DNA of 60,881 nucleotides from an archaeon (GTDB lineage Archaea; Methanobacteriota_B; Thermococci; Methanofastidiosales; NM3): NCBI GenBank assembly GCA_004212155.1, contig RXIG01000011.1, positions 1 to 60,881 of the forward strand, read 5' to 3'. Shown piece by piece: positions 60,125 to 60,881 of this stretch (position 1 is its first letter; each line of letters starts with the position of its first letter). The notes under the pieces were generated by a model. It saw only the letters and a program-made list of their open reading frames with translations, ran no database searches and was not told where the DNA came from. The position numbers and the translations under genes were made by a program.

Positions 60125-60471
60125 ATGGATATTGAAGAATGGAAGGAAAAAATCCTCGAAAGCGTCGAGGCGCGCTGCGGGGCGACGTTTGCCAATCTGA
60201 TGTTCGACTTCGGCGATGATGCTAAGGGCGAGTATGACCTGTTCGTTCCGGAATCTACAAATCTTGTTATGTGGTCGGGGATGAGCAAGGGCTTCTCGAT
60301 GGCCCTATCCGAGTTGCACAAGGAAGGTCGAATCAGCTTCAAGCCGGATTCGGCATTTCTGTACATGATGGACGGCCTTGTCCTGTCGCTCCCTATCGCC
60401 ATGAGATCAAGGACTACCCCACCATGCACTGGTGTCCCGTAGCCATTTTCTCGACTTCGCCCACGGGATAA
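60125..60471 (+). pseudogene. Mobile-element-type hypothetical protein, apparently frameshifted near 60400-60410
   Basis: SD AGGTGG and TATA upstream; frame 1 ends ...LYMMDGLVLSLPIA and the -1 frame continues KDYPTMHWCPVAIF; resembles (from memory) small phage/pathogenicity-island proteins. Confidence 0.4.
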
Positions 60472-60589
60472 CTGGGGCAGCGCCGCATGACAGGCGGGAC
60501 GGAGCGTGAGATCATCCATGAATATATGCTGAAAAAAATAAAAAAATTGAAAAGAGATACAACTATATACATATTATGTCCATATAAGA

Positions 60590-60881
60590 CGGCGTTGGGA
60601 CAAAACTAACGCGGCACTCGTGTTGTGAAGACATTGTGCAGGATGGCGATGCCCGCCATCGCCGTCTCCCGGCGGTCCTCCCGCCGCTGGCGGACCGTCC
60701 GCCCGAACCGTCCCTTGTCGCACGCGTACATCGTCTCGCACAGATTGCGCTTGTAGTACTCTTTCAGATAATCGTACGGGTTACCAGGATCCGCTGGTAG
60801 ACCCTGCTCCACTCCGGCCCGAAGCGTGCCTGCCGGCGCTTGGGCAGCACGTACGGCCTCGCCGTGCCAAGCGCCGAGAGC
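60590..60881 (-). mobile_element. 3' end of an IS with DDE transposase (frameshifted fragment; continues beyond the window)
   Basis: Y-x2-R-x3-E-x6-K motif (YYKRNLCETMYACDK) then 'RFG...RQRR...LHN'; upstream frame YVLPK...WSRV is offset near 60785; GC jumps at 60590. Confidence 0.7.

Overview
Chromosomal window of a methanogenic euryarchaeon (archaeal TATA/BRE promoters, TFE, Trm56, PAC2, archaeal PEP carboxylase, F420-dependent NADP oxidoreductase). Most of it is GC-rich housekeeping DNA: a non-oxidative pentose-phosphate operon, ppcA, AMP phosphorylase, korDABC, purine/pyrimidine genes, a solitary 5S rRNA, grpE-dnaK-dnaJ and a four-gene CBS cluster. It also holds a compact methanogenesis locus (markers 6, DUF2111, 5, 15, 17, 7, 3) directly followed by mcrBDGA with no mcrC. 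A Methanofastidiosa-like affiliation is only an inference and needs a tree. Both ends are AT-rich accessory DNA. At the left, a secreted HEXXH metalloprotease converges on a cassette the ORF track misses: two tandem genes for near-identical 26-aa aromatic/hydrophobic peptides, plus a second short, probably non-coding unit behind a duplicate of the same promoter/operator. This is my best candidate for an undescribed system. At the right, a MarR/ArsP-permease cargo region is bracketed by a 20-bp direct repeat coinciding with the end of a DDE transposase. Other oddities are a beta-CASP nuclease fused to a non-canonical PLD domain, a HiPIP-like mini-protein, an attenuator-like serB leader and an atypical TGT. 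All calls come from reading motifs by eye; no database searches were run.
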